DNA of 64,000 nucleotides from assembly GCA_963813075.1 (NCBI GenBank), contig CAWEXU010000030.1:64001-128000 (forward strand), written 5' to 3'. Source of the DNA: Methanotrichaceae archaeon. Lineage in GTDB: Archaea > Halobacteriota > Methanosarcinia > Methanotrichales > Methanotrichaceae. Positions within the stretch are counted from its first letter, which is position 1. The number at the start of each line of letters is the position of its first letter. A program made the translations under genes and the position numbers. Shown in pieces: positions 50,361 to 61,403 of the stretch. The notes under the pieces were generated by a model. That model did not search any database and was not told the DNA's origin. It was given only the letters and a program-made list of their open reading frames with translations.

Positions 50361-51548
50361 TTAAAAGTCGGTCATGACCCTGTACTGATCGATCTCTGTC
50401 TGCTTCAAGCCGGTCAGGAACTGCTCTGTCATGTCGCGAATGTCCCTTGACCTGGTGATCGCCCGGCCTACCACCAGGATGTCCGCGCCCGCGGCCAGGG
50501 CCGCTCCCTGGGTATCGGTGCGAATCCCGCCCGCCACCGCCACCAGAAGCCTGCGTCCCTCCTCGGCCAGGGCTTTGATATCGGGGATGTTCTGCCAGGC
50601 ATGAGCACTCTTCTCCATGTCGATCGCCCGGTGCAGCTCCACCACATCCGGTTTGACATCCAGCCCCTTGAGCACTGCCAGGGGATCTGCCACATTCAGC
50701 ATATCGATTATCGAGTAGATGCCCGTCTTTCTGGCCTCATTTATGGACAGCTCAATGGTCTTCTTGGGAGCGAGCCCGGATATGACCACCGCATCAGCAG
50801 TGGAGTCCGCAGCCAGGCGCACCTCCAGGTTTCCAGTATCCAGGGTCTTCAGATCCAGGATGATAAAAGCCCCCGGCCGGATGGCGCGAATCTCCTTGAC
50901 CACATTCATCCCCAGCATCTTGACCAGAGGGGTTCCCACCTCGATTAGGATGTGGTCGCTATCCGGCAGGGCAGAGAGGACGCGGCGCACCTCGGCCACA
51001 TCCACCAGGTCGAAGGCCACCTGCAGATAAGGCGGATCCCACAGACGGGTGACTCTGAACCCCATGATGGGATGGGTGGAGCGCTCCTTCTCGTAAAGCA
51101 CTTTATCGATATCCGGGAACCCGGCCATCGCCCGCTGGACCGCCAGCTTGGTGGCACCGTAGTTGTAGCGGTATATGGCATCGTAATCAGTAGCCTTGGG
51201 ATCGATGAATACAGATACAATTACCAGCAGATCTTCGGCTCGATCCCGGGGGATGACTCCCTCTTCCACTGAATCTGCCACTGCCTTGGCCACCGCTGTC
51301 TGGGCCGGCCCAAATATTTGAGCCGCCTGGTCCATGTTTTTCACTGTCACTTTTGGAACGATAAGAGTAGAAGGCTTGGGCGGCAGGTTCGGCCTGATGA
51401 CCCCCAGGAGAGGGGTATGCCCGGCCGAAAGCTGGGTCAGCCCGGAGGCAAAAGCCGTTCCCACCGGCCCCTCCTTATCTCCTATGATCAGATCGATATG
51501 TGCTACCTCAGGCCCCTTTCCTATGAGAGCCTCTCCAACTAAAAACAA
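50361..51548 (-). CDS. fae-hps: Bifunctional formaldehyde-activating enzyme / 3-hexulose-6-phosphate synthase
   Basis: [26 protein letters not shown] (Fae) and LQVAFD, DLKTLD.G, HRAID, VAGGI, VVGRAIT (Hps). TTG start after GAGGTG. Confidence 0.95.
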   Translation of the reverse strand: MFLVGEALIGKGPEVAHIDLIIGDKEGPVGTAFASGLTQLSAGHTPLLGVIRPNLPPKPSTLIVPKVTVKNMDQAAQIFGPAQTAVAKAVADSVEEGVIPRDRAEDLLVIVSVFIDPKATDYDAIYRYNYGATKLAVQRAMAGFPDIDKVLYEKERSTHPIMGFRVTRLWDPPYLQVAFDLVDVAEVRRVLSALPDSDHILIEVGTPLVKMLGMNVVKEIRAIRPGAFIILDLKTLDTGNLEVRLAADSTADAVVISGLAPKKTIELSINEARKTGIYSIIDMLNVADPLAVLKGLDVKPDVVELHRAIDMEKSAHAWQNIPDIKALAEEGRRLLVAVAGGIRTDTQGAALAAGADILVVGRAITRSRDIRDMTEQFLTGLKQTEIDQYRVMTDF

Positions 51549-51606
51549 AACGATACACCTCGCCCACCGAGTGAGCAATCTCTCTATTTTAATCCTTTTA
51601 TGGGAT

Positions 51607-52848
51607 TCAGATGATCTGCCAGTAGATCAGGGGGGCCAGCGCCAGGAGCATCAGCCCGGTAAAAAGCCTCATTCCCACCCGGTGATCCTTGCGGAAGCGG
51701 TCGACCTTTTCCGGGCTCATCCCCAGGGTGAGGAATCCACCCACTACGATGATCGGCAAGATTACCCCCAGATTGAAGAACATCAGGTAGGCGGCACCGA
51801 CGAAGTAGCTTTTGGAGGAGATGAGATCCAGTATGGCCAGATAGAGCCCTCCCACACAGGGGGCCTTCACCAATGAGAATAGCGCCCCCGCTAAAAAGTA
51901 GGTGCTGAACCTTCCCTTTTCCACCCCTGCCTGGAAGTACTGCAGCGCCCAGTCCGTCCGGAAGAGCGACGCTTTTCCCTGTTTTAACTGGATGGCATCG
52001 ATGACCTGAGACAGGCCCGCCGCAACGAGTAGCACAGTTAAAGCATAGCGGAATGAGGCGGCTATGGCCTCCGAATGTAATAATCTCTGCATCCCCAGGC
52101 CGAAGAGAAAGTACATGGTGAAGATGCCTAAGGAGAAGAATACCACCATCATCATCAGCTCCCGCCTCTTTCCGGATACGGAGAGGATGGACGCTGCCAG
52201 GAAGACCAGAATGCCAAAGAGGCAGGGATTGAAGCCGGCCACAAACCCACCCGCAGTGACGGCCAGGGCAGTGGAAAGAGACAGATCCTGCAGATCGTAT
52301 CCGGCCAGAGCATCCTCCCGCCTCTGGGTGGGGCTGGTGTTGCCGGGGAGAGTGATCGAGGGGGCAATCTCAGAATTCCGGCTCAGATTATTCAGTGCCC
52401 GGAGAATCTTATCCTCGAGGATAGCGGTGTCTCCTTGATAGTCCCGGTAGTCTATGACCTCGACCCCGATGATTATGGCCGGTATATCCCGCGCTTTATA
52501 TTGATTGATGATCCGGTGGCCTTCATCAGTATAATAGTAATAGCTGCTGACATTCAGTGGCACCGTCCGGCTCACCTTCTCCAGAGTCCTTTCAGCAGCG
52601 GCGCATTTGGTGCATCCCGGCGAAGCGATGATTATGACCGGCACCGGATCTGCGCCCGAGGTATTGAGGGCCAATTGGCCGGAGGATAAATTATTCCCGC
52701 TCAGGATACCGTTCTTTCCATCCTCTCCCCCGGTAGGAGAGATTCCGCTGCAAATAGATACGAGCACAATCCCCAGAAATATAATAAGCTGAATAGCTCT
52801 CCTGGCGGACAGGATAAAGGAAGGCACTCCTGGACGGTTCAGTGGCAT
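51607..52848 (-). CDS. CcdA/DsbD-like membrane protein with N-terminal thioredoxin-like domain
   Basis: CTKC, GFNPC and KAPC motifs; multiple TM helices. Confidence 0.85.
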   Translation of the reverse strand: MPLNRPGVPSFILSARRAIQLIIFLGIVLVSICSGISPTGGEDGKNGILSGNNLSSGQLALNTSGADPVPVIIIASPGCTKCAAAERTLEKVSRTVPLNVSSYYYYTDEGHRIINQYKARDIPAIIIGVEVIDYRDYQGDTAILEDKILRALNNLSRNSEIAPSITLPGNTSPTQRREDALAGYDLQDLSLSTALAVTAGGFVAGFNPCLFGILVFLAASILSVSGKRRELMMMVVFFSLGIFTMYFLFGLGMQRLLHSEAIAASFRYALTVLLVAAGLSQVIDAIQLKQGKASLFRTDWALQYFQAGVEKGRFSTYFLAGALFSLVKAPCVGGLYLAILDLISSKSYFVGAAYLMFFNLGVILPIIVVGGFLTLGMSPEKVDRFRKDHRVGMRLFTGLMLLALAPLIYWQII

Positions 52849-52956
52849 CAGTCACCTTATGGTATAGAAGTGATATAAAAAAGAGGTCCTCAATGAATGA
52901 GTTTGGCCGGGAAAGGGATGAAAACTCCCTCCCCTCTCGACCAGACTCATATCATT

Positions 52957-53580
52957 TTACTCTTCAGTTATGTACTTCAGGACGGGCATATCCTCTTCTG
53001 ATGCCTCACTGGACACGAATGCCACAGAGACATCGTCCTCTCCCACCAGGACTATGGTGTAGGGGCACCCTTCTGTACAGACCTCGACCGCCTTCTTGAT
53101 GATGGGAGTCACATCCAGCTCAATCGCACTCTCCAGATCATCCTCATCGATCTTTACGGACTCGGATGAGACATTGAAGTCATATTCTACCTTATCCTTC
53201 CAGGTCAGGGTGTCGAATGTCGCTCCCTCCAGGAAGTAGGCCTTGATCTCGCCCTCATCGTCCACCCGGGCTACATTAAGGGTGAGAGTGGCAGACTTGA
53301 TCTGATCCGGATTGAAGATGCCCTGAGATCCGAAGAGGTTCACATAGCTGAGGCGGGTCTCATTTGCAGCGGCATCATTGCCGCCGGAAGCATCATCGTC
53401 GTCGTCATCGTCGTCATCGTCCTGGGAAGAGACCCACAATAGATCGCTATCCGCAAAGGTTTCCTCCGCTTCAGCAGAACTGGCATAGGTGTCCACATCC
53501 ATTTCCACGGCGAAGCTCCCTGCACTGCCGGCAGCCGCCAGCAGAAAAAGTGCGCCAATAATCGCAAGCAAATATCTCAA
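52957..53580 (-). CDS. Secreted acidic protein (DNRLRE/CBM96-like), with poly-Asp tract
   Basis: Signal peptide, DTY, IKSATL.L, LTW, LDVT and F.SSE....P.L pattern. TTG start after GGAGG. Confidence 0.65.
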   Translation of the reverse strand: MRYLLAIIGALFLLAAAGSAGSFAVEMDVDTYASSAEAEETFADSDLLWVSSQDDDDDDDDDDASGGNDAAANETRLSYVNLFGSQGIFNPDQIKSATLTLNVARVDDEGEIKAYFLEGATFDTLTWKDKVEYDFNVSSESVKIDEDDLESAIELDVTPIIKKAVEVCTEGCPYTIVLVGEDDVSVAFVSSEASEEDMPVLKYITEE

Positions 53581-53763
53581 ACTCGATTCCTCCAGTGAAT
53601 TTATCAATACTGCATGTACCGGTCAATCGATAAAAAAGCTTACCTTCATATGTGGGTTATGTTAGATGATTCCCCGCCATTTCAGTCCTGTTTAGGACCT
53701 ATTCAAAGCTTATATGAGCCATGAATCTTTATAAATAGATCAATCATCAGGAGATGGATCTGT

Positions 53764-55290
53764 ATGAGCCTCAATAAACGATCATCAACCCAACCCCGAG
53801 CCGCTGGGAAATTCTATGCTCCGGCTTTTTCGAATGCATGCCACCCCTCGCGGGGCATACGCGTCCTGACCATTTGGGCGGTATCCCTTCTTTATGCTGC
53901 CCTATTGATCTCCTCCGTTGCCAGCGCCGACACCATATCCGTCAGCTCCGACTTGCAAGCGGCAATCGACGCCGCCCAGCCCGGCGACACCCTCCAGGTG
54001 GCCCCAGGGATCTATGAGAAGATATCCATAAGAAAGAGCCTGAACCTGGTGGGCAATGGGGCAGTCATCCAGGCAGGAGAGAGGGACGCCTGCGTGAATG
54101 TTGAGGCGGACGATGTATCCATATCCGGCTTTCTGGTCAGGAACGGATTTTATGGCATAAAGCTGAACGATGTCCAAAGCTGCACTGTGGCCAACAATAC
54201 GGTCATCCGCTGCACCCAGCCGGGAATTGCCCTCCTGTTTTCCGACGGCAATATCATCCAGGGAAACAACGCCAGCTTCAACGGCCTGGGGGGCGAAGGG
54301 TGGTATGGGATATACCTCTCCAACTCCAATGACAATCTGATCCTGGATAATGTGGCCTATGGCAATGGCGCCTACGGCATAAACCTCTTCCCCTCCTGCA
54401 GCAATAACACCATCCGGGGAAACGTTCTGCAGGGAAATATGTACGGCCTGTACATGTTCACAGATTGCAGCAATAATATCATAGAATATAACGACATGTC
54501 CAAAAACACCAACTCCGGCCTGGACCTGCGCTTCAACTGCACAGACAACCTGATCCGGAATAACAGCATGATCGAGAATGTGGTCGCCGGCCTTACCCTG
54601 CTGGATTCTGGATATAACCGCATATCCGGCAATCTGGTAGAGGGAAATGGGCGCTACGGCCTGCAGATCCAGAGCAATTCGAACGGCAATACCATCATCG
54701 ATAACACAATCTCGGACAGCCAGACAGGCATCTTCCTGGACTCGAGCCAGAACCTGATCTATGGAAATAAGATCCTTTATAATGTGATCCAGGCAGAGGA
54801 TAGAGCAGAGAACTCATGGAATGCCAGCTATCCTCTGGGGGGCAACCTGTGGAGCGACTACCATGGAGGCGATGAATACCAGGGACCGGAGCAGAACGTC
54901 CTGGGAGCTGACGGATTTGGGGATGTGCCACATGAGCTGGGCAAAGCGGCCCGCGATCTGTATCCCATTATGGGCGATCAGGTCAAGCAGATAAGCATCG
55001 TCGAGAAGTCTATTGATCCCACCCAGGCCAGAGTGGGAGACGATATAAAAATCACCGTGCGACTGGAGGCTCTGTATGATCTGAACCAGCTGACGGTTAG
55101 AGCATATCAGTCAGGAGAAGAGAGAAAGGGCTATGGCCGTCTGGTAGCTTCTGGGGATGGGTATAAGGGGTCCTTCTCCACCGCTCTCCTGGATCCGGGG
55201 GAGTACGACCTGGTGTTGAGGGTAAATGATGTTCGGGGATTCGAGCTGGAGGAGACCCTGGGAAGCTTCTCCCTCACCCCCCGGAGCTGA
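53764..55290 (+). CDS. Secreted NosD/CASH beta-helix protein with C-terminal Ig-like domain
   Basis: LQAAIDAA.PGDT, GI.L..S..N.I..N repeats, GGNLWSDY and DGFGD.P motifs. Confidence 0.88.
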   Translation: MSLNKRSSTQPRAAGKFYAPAFSNACHPSRGIRVLTIWAVSLLYAALLISSVASADTISVSSDLQAAIDAAQPGDTLQVAPGIYEKISIRKSLNLVGNGAVIQAGERDACVNVEADDVSISGFLVRNGFYGIKLNDVQSCTVANNTVIRCTQPGIALLFSDGNIIQGNNASFNGLGGEGWYGIYLSNSNDNLILDNVAYGNGAYGINLFPSCSNNTIRGNVLQGNMYGLYMFTDCSNNIIEYNDMSKNTNSGLDLRFNCTDNLIRNNSMIENVVAGLTLLDSGYNRISGNLVEGNGRYGLQIQSNSNGNTIIDNTISDSQTGIFLDSSQNLIYGNKILYNVIQAEDRAENSWNASYPLGGNLWSDYHGGDEYQGPEQNVLGADGFGDVPHELGKAARDLYPIMGDQVKQISIVEKSIDPTQARVGDDIKITVRLEALYDLNQLTVRAYQSGEERKGYGRLVASGDGYKGSFSTALLDPGEYDLVLRVNDVRGFELEETLGSFSLTPRS

Positions 55291-55350
55291 TGAAACCTTG
55301 CATGCCCAGAAGACGAAGATTATAAATTATAAATGTCCAGGAGGCGGGAG

Positions 55351-56233
55351 ATGAGAGTAATCAGTACCGCAGGCTGCAGCTTGTTGCTGGCGAGCCTTAT
55401 TCATGGTGGCGTTCATTTCGAATGCAACACCCGAGGCTGGTGAGTGGACCTATTGCAATCAATCCAATGCCAGAGGGCCGGGCTTTTCCACAGTTCTGAT
55501 TCCTGTGGAGGAGATCGACCTCTCAGATCGCTCGAATATTATCATCGATATCAGCCCCCGATCGGCAGAGTATATTCCGGGAGCGATCAGCATTCCCTAT
55601 GACCGGTTCATCGATCCCGGAGGGAGGCTCGAGCCGATCAGCCAGGTGGCCGGCATTTTGGGGGAGGCAGGCATATCCGAGAATGATTCAATCATCATTT
55701 ATGGCGAATGCCAGCCCTGCGGCGGCGGCCCCTCGGCAGCGACCTACGTCTTCTGGATACTGAAATACCTGGGGCATGAGGATGTCCGCCTCCTGGACGG
55801 AGGGATAGACGACTGGGTGGCAGGGGCAAATCCCACCGCCCCCGAGCCGGAACGCCTTGCGCCCAGGAATTATACTCCCTCAATCGATGCCGATCTTCTG
55901 GCCACATATGATTTCGTTTGCGACAGCAGGCCCCAGATCATCGATGCCCGAACCGGGAAGGAATTTGAGGCCGGATCGATACCAGGAGCAATCAATATCC
56001 CCTATACCAGCGTTCTTGAGGGTAAAAGATTGCGGAATCAGTCAGAGCTGAATGAGCTCTTCAGGGATCTGCAAAAAGACAATTCGGTGGTGGTCTACAC
56101 CAATACCGGAGTCAAGGCCTCTATGATCTGGCTGCCCCTTACCCTTCTTGGCTATGACGCCAGGATCTATGCCTGGCAGGACTGGACTGCAGATCATTCC
56201 AGTATGGACTGCCAGCGATCCGGGCACTTATGA
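55351..56233 (+). CDS. Secreted tandem-domain rhodanese/sulfurtransferase; probable frameshift at ~55400 in the signal peptide
   Basis: IPGAI, LGH.DVRLLDGG..W and IIDAR...EF..G.IPGA motifs. Confidence 0.82.
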
Positions 56234-56351
56234 TGTCGGGATCCTGGAAGCGAAAAATGGCATCAACAAGATCTTCCGCCGTGCCTCCAGTTTGAGGTGA
56301 AGTGACACCAGCAAATATAAGAATATTGAAAAATAATATCTGGAGTTAGAA

Positions 56352-58244
56352 GTGAGACCATTGCCCACCAGCCACATCCTCCACCTAGTTCTCCTGCTCA
56401 GCCTGGTCAGCTATGCATCCGCATTTCCGGTGCAAAATGCCCTGGAGAACAATAAAGCCACCGCCTGGTTTCAGAAGGAGTATGATAATTACTTCCGGCC
56501 GAGCGTCGATGACGGCACATCTCCGGTCATCTACGGGGTGAGCGTGAGCCCCTCTGCTCTAAAGACCGGAGACCCCAGGAGCGAGATAAATGCCCTGGTA
56601 AGTGATTCCTCGGGTCTGGAAATGGTCTATGCCGATATCGGCAATCGCATGAACCTGATGCTCGATTTGGACCGGGACGGCACATACACCGGCTATTGCG
56701 GCTCTAATCTGCCTGCGGGCACCTACAATGTGACCATCATCGCCGTAGACAGGTTCGGCAATGCGGCGAAGGACGAATCCAAGAAGATCACCATTCGCGA
56801 TCCCAGGGACCTCAATGGCAATGGAATAGAAGACAGCCTGGAAGAAGAGGAAGCCAGAGATCTGAAGGTCATAGTCCTTCATGAGGACAACCTTAGGGGA
56901 AACCTGACCGGCGTCGCACCCTCTCTGGGAAAGAGGTTCAAGGTCCTGCCCGGCAGCGCAATGACTGTCTCCTCGGATAAACTGGAAGAGATCGCCAGTA
57001 CCGAAGGCGTTCGGGGAGTGTACACCGATCAGAAGCTCACAGTGCTCTCAGCTGACAGCAGGGGCAGCCCAGACCCCGGGCCTTCGATCATAGACGATCC
57101 AAGAAAGATCTCCGGCCCTTTGGGGAAGGGGGTGACTGTGGCTCTGATCGATACCGGAGCAGATGCGGATCACGAGGCCCTGTCCGGGAAGATAGTCGCC
57201 TTCCAGGATTTCGTGAACAACCAGACCGAGCCCTATGATGACAATGGCCATGGCACGCACTGCGCCAGCCTGATCGCCGGCGATCAGGGGATGGGGGTGG
57301 CACCGGGAGCGGAGCTGGTGGTGATCAAGGTGATGGACCGGGATGGAGCATGCTATCTATCCGATGCCCTCAAAGCGCTGGATTGGTGCCTGGAGAATAA
57401 AGATCGCTACGGCATAAAGATAATATCATTCAGCGTGGGCGGAGAGGGCCCATCTGACGGAGCCACCCTATTGGACGAAGCCTGCGACCGGGTGGTTGAG
57501 GAGGGACTGATCATGTGCGTTGCTGCGGGCAACTCCGGACCCGATCCCTATACCATTGTGATGCCCGGCGGGGCGGAGAGGGTGATAACCGTGGGGGCCA
57601 TTGACCGCAGCGGATTGATATTCGACCAATCATCGCGCGGCCCGACACTCACCGGCGAGATCAAGCCGGACCTGGTCACCTTGGGAGTGGACGTCTCAAG
57701 TGCCCTGGCCGGCTCTGAGAATGGCCAGAGTTCAGTGAGCGGCACCTCCATGGCCGTCCCCCAGGTCTCTGGAGCATCAGCTCTTCTACTGGAGACGGAT
57801 CCGGACCTCGAGCCAGCGGATGTCAAGAGGCTGCTCCTTAAGACCGCAGATGAGCTGGGGCCGGAGGGAAAGGATAACCTCTACGGCTACGGAGCGCTCA
57901 ACCTGACCCAGGCCTTAAGAAGCATCAACGCCCCGGAGGAGGGGCTTTATCCTCCAGACCTCCTGGATGTGAGGCTGAACCGGGATGAGGCCACAGAGGG
58001 CGAGCCGGTGATGGTGGAGGCCCAGGCCTCCGGAGAGGTCAAGTCCATAAATACCAACATCATCGGGCCGGACAGAAACCTGGAGATTCCCATGGACGAC
58101 CTGGATGGAAACGGGATATACTCCGCCCGCTGGGAGACGAGCTTCTGGACGGCCGGCGATTATAAGATCTCCGTCGATCTGGAAGGGGGGTTTGGGGAGA
58201 TAGAGTCAATGGCGGTCCCTTTCCGCCTCCTTGAGAGGAGATGA
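56352..58244 (+). CDS. Secreted S8 (subtilisin-like) serine protease
   Basis: Catalytic triad motifs IDTG, HGTHCA and GTSMAVP; AAGNSG. Confidence 0.93.
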   Translation: MRPLPTSHILHLVLLLSLVSYASAFPVQNALENNKATAWFQKEYDNYFRPSVDDGTSPVIYGVSVSPSALKTGDPRSEINALVSDSSGLEMVYADIGNRMNLMLDLDRDGTYTGYCGSNLPAGTYNVTIIAVDRFGNAAKDESKKITIRDPRDLNGNGIEDSLEEEEARDLKVIVLHEDNLRGNLTGVAPSLGKRFKVLPGSAMTVSSDKLEEIASTEGVRGVYTDQKLTVLSADSRGSPDPGPSIIDDPRKISGPLGKGVTVALIDTGADADHEALSGKIVAFQDFVNNQTEPYDDNGHGTHCASLIAGDQGMGVAPGAELVVIKVMDRDGACYLSDALKALDWCLENKDRYGIKIISFSVGGEGPSDGATLLDEACDRVVEEGLIMCVAAGNSGPDPYTIVMPGGAERVITVGAIDRSGLIFDQSSRGPTLTGEIKPDLVTLGVDVSSALAGSENGQSSVSGTSMAVPQVSGASALLLETDPDLEPADVKRLLLKTADELGPEGKDNLYGYGALNLTQALRSINAPEEGLYPPDLLDVRLNRDEATEGEPVMVEAQASGEVKSINTNIIGPDRNLEIPMDDLDGNGIYSARWETSFWTAGDYKISVDLEGGFGEIESMAVPFRLLERR

Positions 58245-58852
58245 GTTCGATGCTGGAGGCCTGGCAGGAGATCGCGCAGTTTGGCAGAAAGGTGGTATCT
58301 TCCGGCCTCACAAGCTCTCGATTCGGAAATATAAGCATACGGCGGGATGATAAGATATTCATCACCGCCACGGGATCGATGCTTGACGAGCTGGATTCAT
58401 CCACGGTGGTAGAGGTCACTCTTGACCGCCCCTGCGAGATGGATAAGGTCGCCAGCATAGAGACCTGTGTTCACCGGGCGATCTACCTGAATACGGGGAA
58501 TATGGCCATCATCCATACCCATTCTCCATATGCGGTAGCATTATCCCTGCTGGAGGAGGGGGCGGTAGAGCCAGTTGACAGCGAGGGAGTTCTCATGTTA
58601 GGAGAGATGCCTATAATCGAGGGCCGCCTGGGGACCGATCTGCTCGCCAGCTCCGCCTCAATGGCACTGCAATTGCATAAGGCCTGCATCGCCCGCGGGC
58701 ATGGCGTATTCGCTGCTGGCGGAAGCCTGAGGGAGGCCTATACTGCCGCCTGCATGGCAGAGCACAGCTCTCAGGTGAAATATCTGGTGAATTGCTACCC
58801 TCAGGGGAAAAATTTATATCTTAACCGACACTCACTTAAATTGAGCGGGTAA
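58241..58852 (+). CDS. Class II aldolase/adducin family (FucA-like)
   Basis: GNISIR, ITATG, ASIE..VH..IY, IIHTHS and RGHG motifs. Confidence 0.9.
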   Translation: MSSMLEAWQEIAQFGRKVVSSGLTSSRFGNISIRRDDKIFITATGSMLDELDSSTVVEVTLDRPCEMDKVASIETCVHRAIYLNTGNMAIIHTHSPYAVALSLLEEGAVEPVDSEGVLMLGEMPIIEGRLGTDLLASSASMALQLHKACIARGHGVFAAGGSLREAYTAACMAEHSSQVKYLVNCYPQGKNLYLNRHSLKLSG

Positions 58853-58995
58853 TCCTAGTTTTTAGAATCCACACTGAACCCCCACTCTCCTACCCGCTCA
58901 CTTAATAAATTAATAATAATAGCTTTCTGCCTGATGACCACTATTTACCTCATAAGTTATCAAAAGACCTATTAATGCCCGAGGGATACTAGCAT

Positions 58996-60105
58996 ATGAT
59001 GAACTCTTCATTGCAGTTAGGGAAGATCATGGGAATCCCGGTGCAACTGCACTGGTCCTTTTTGCTGGTCATCCTCTATATATCCTGGGCCTTCGCCTCC
59101 TTAAGCCAGCAGGTCCTGGGGAGGAGCTATGGCTTTGGTGAGATCGAACCGGTCAGCCTGAGATGGATTTATTCTCTGATCTTCTCCCTCGTCCTCTTCA
59201 GCTGTGTGGCCCTCCATGAGCTGGGGCACAGCTACATCGCCCACAAGAATGGAATCGAAATAAGAAGCATCACTCTCTACTTCTTCGGCGGTGTCTCCGC
59301 CATGGAAGAGATCCCGAGAAATCCCCGCCTGGAGCTGCAGATGGCCTTTGCCGGGCCTTTAGTGAGCGGCATTCTGGGCCTGATGGCCCTTCTCCTCTCC
59401 ACATTGCTGGATGAAGCCAGCCCCCTGGGCATAATGCTCTGGATGCTGGGCTTTTTGAACATCATCCTCATGCTCTTCAACCTGCTCCCTGCCTTTCCCA
59501 TGGACGGGGGTCGCCTCCTGCGGGCCTGGTTTGCCACCCATATGCCCTACATCAAAGCCACCCAGAGGGCGGCGGGCATCGGAAAGCTCTTCGCGATCAT
59601 CATGGCCGTCCTCGGCCTCTTCTCCTTCAACTTCATCCTCCTCTTTGTGGCCTTCTTCGTCTATGTGGGAGCCTCAGAAGAGGAGAAAGCAACCCAGATC
59701 AGCGTGTGCCTGGAGGGGACGAAAGTCATGGACATAATGTCTGAGGATGTGCGCACCGTCGACCAGGATATGAACCTGACAGAACTCAAAGAGCATATGT
59801 TCGAGGAGAAACACCGGGGCTACCCTGTCGTCTCCGGGGATGAGTTGATAGGAGTGGTGACCCTTTCCGACCTGCAGAGGATCCCGGAGAAGGATCGCGC
59901 AGATACCCGGGTAGCAGAGGTGATGACAAGAAAGTTATATGTGATCGGTCCTTCAGAGGAGGCATCTGCTGCGATGATGATGATGAACAGGATGAATATC
60001 TGCCGTCTGCCAGTAATGGAGGACGGCCGCCTGGTGGGCATCGTCTCCAGAGAGGACCTGGTCAGGGCCATTGAGCTATGCTCGGGACAGGACTGGAAGA
60101 GGTAA
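58996..60105 (+). CDS. M50 site-2 protease with CBS pair
   Basis: HELGH, AGP and FNLLPAFPMDGGR motifs; two CBS domains. Confidence 0.93.
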   Translation: MMNSSLQLGKIMGIPVQLHWSFLLVILYISWAFASLSQQVLGRSYGFGEIEPVSLRWIYSLIFSLVLFSCVALHELGHSYIAHKNGIEIRSITLYFFGGVSAMEEIPRNPRLELQMAFAGPLVSGILGLMALLLSTLLDEASPLGIMLWMLGFLNIILMLFNLLPAFPMDGGRLLRAWFATHMPYIKATQRAAGIGKLFAIIMAVLGLFSFNFILLFVAFFVYVGASEEEKATQISVCLEGTKVMDIMSEDVRTVDQDMNLTELKEHMFEEKHRGYPVVSGDELIGVVTLSDLQRIPEKDRADTRVAEVMTRKLYVIGPSEEASAAMMMMNRMNICRLPVMEDGRLVGIVSREDLVRAIELCSGQDWKR

Positions 60106-60110
60106 TCGAT

Positions 60111-61400
60111 TTGGATTTGGATAAGACGGAAGCACGGGGCAACTGCCCTGAGCCGACATGCACGATAATAGAGCCTGATTCGGGCGCCGATCTGACTGAG
60201 GGCCCCCGGCATGAGATCATCATCGTGGGGACGGCACATGTCTCTGAGAAGAGCGCTCTGGAAGTGGCCAGCAAGATCGAAGAGACAAGGCCGGACATCG
60301 TGGCAGTGGAGCTATGCCTTTCCCGCTACAAGGCCCTGACCGGCCAGGAGGAGAAGTCTGAGATCGAGATCGGCAAGCTTTTGAGTGGCGGAAAGCTCTA
60401 CCTGTTCCTGGTTCAGTTGCTCCTCGCTTATATGCAGCAGAAGATCGGCGATGAGATGGGGGTCAAGCCCGGCTCGGAGATGCTGGCGGCGATAAAGACC
60501 GCGCAGAACACCGGTGCTCGGGTGGCTCTGGTGGACAGGGACGTGGGAATAACCATTCAACGCTTCTGGTCGGCCATGGGATTTTTCGATAAGCTGAGGC
60601 TGATAGGATCCCTGATCCAGGGGGCCTTTGGAGGGCAGGAAGAGGAGATCGATATCGATACCATCACTCAGGATGATGTCGTCTCCCAGATGATAGGCGA
60701 GTTCCGCAAGATCTCTCCCGGCGCAGCCAGCGTTCTGGTCGATGAGAGGGATGCATACCTTGCCCGAAACCTGCTCAACCTCTCCAGGCAGGGCCGGGTG
60801 CTGGCAGTGGTGGGAGCAGGCCATAAGGAGGGCATAGAAAGGCACCTGAAAAATCCCGAGGCTATTCCTGCCATAGAGAGCCTGAATGTGAAATCCACGA
60901 AGAGGATCTCTTTTGCCAAAGTCTTCGGTGCGGCGGTGACATTGCTCATCGTGGTGATGATCGCTCTGTTGGTGATCACCGCTCAGTCCAGCGAGAGCCT
61001 GATCCTGGCCTTTGCCATCTGGTTTGTGATAACCGGAACTTTAGCCGCCCTGGGGGTAATCCTGGCCCGGGGTCATCCGCTCTCCGTTTTAATGGCGTTC
61101 GGCATCGCCTGGATGACCACCCTCAATCCACTTGTGGCTGCTGGCTGGTTTGCGGGCATGGTGGAAGCCTGGAAGATCAAGCCCACCGTCTCCGACCTCA
61201 AAGAGCTTCCCCAGGCGGAAAGCTTCCGCCAGATGAGGAAAAACCGCCTCTTCAAAGTCCTGTGGGTGGCATCGCTGGCCAATCTTGGGGCCACGGCAGG
61301 CACCTTTATCGGGATCTATGTCATCTGGAATGTGATGGGGCTGATCGATCCGAGAAAGCTGCTGAGCATAGCAATAGAGGCCCTATACGGAATCGTATAA
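60111..61400 (+). CDS. TraB/PrgY (pheromone shutdown) family protein
   Basis: VGTAHVS, VAVELC, KPGSEM, LVDERD and VVGAGH motifs; C-terminal TMs. Confidence 0.92.
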   Translation: MDLDKTEARGNCPEPTCTIIEPDSGADLTEGPRHEIIIVGTAHVSEKSALEVASKIEETRPDIVAVELCLSRYKALTGQEEKSEIEIGKLLSGGKLYLFLVQLLLAYMQQKIGDEMGVKPGSEMLAAIKTAQNTGARVALVDRDVGITIQRFWSAMGFFDKLRLIGSLIQGAFGGQEEEIDIDTITQDDVVSQMIGEFRKISPGAASVLVDERDAYLARNLLNLSRQGRVLAVVGAGHKEGIERHLKNPEAIPAIESLNVKSTKRISFAKVFGAAVTLLIVVMIALLVITAQSSESLILAFAIWFVITGTLAALGVILARGHPLSVLMAFGIAWMTTLNPLVAAGWFAGMVEAWKIKPTVSDLKELPQAESFRQMRKNRLFKVLWVASLANLGATAGTFIGIYVIWNVMGLIDPRKLLSIAIEALYGIV

Positions 61401-61403
61401 AAT

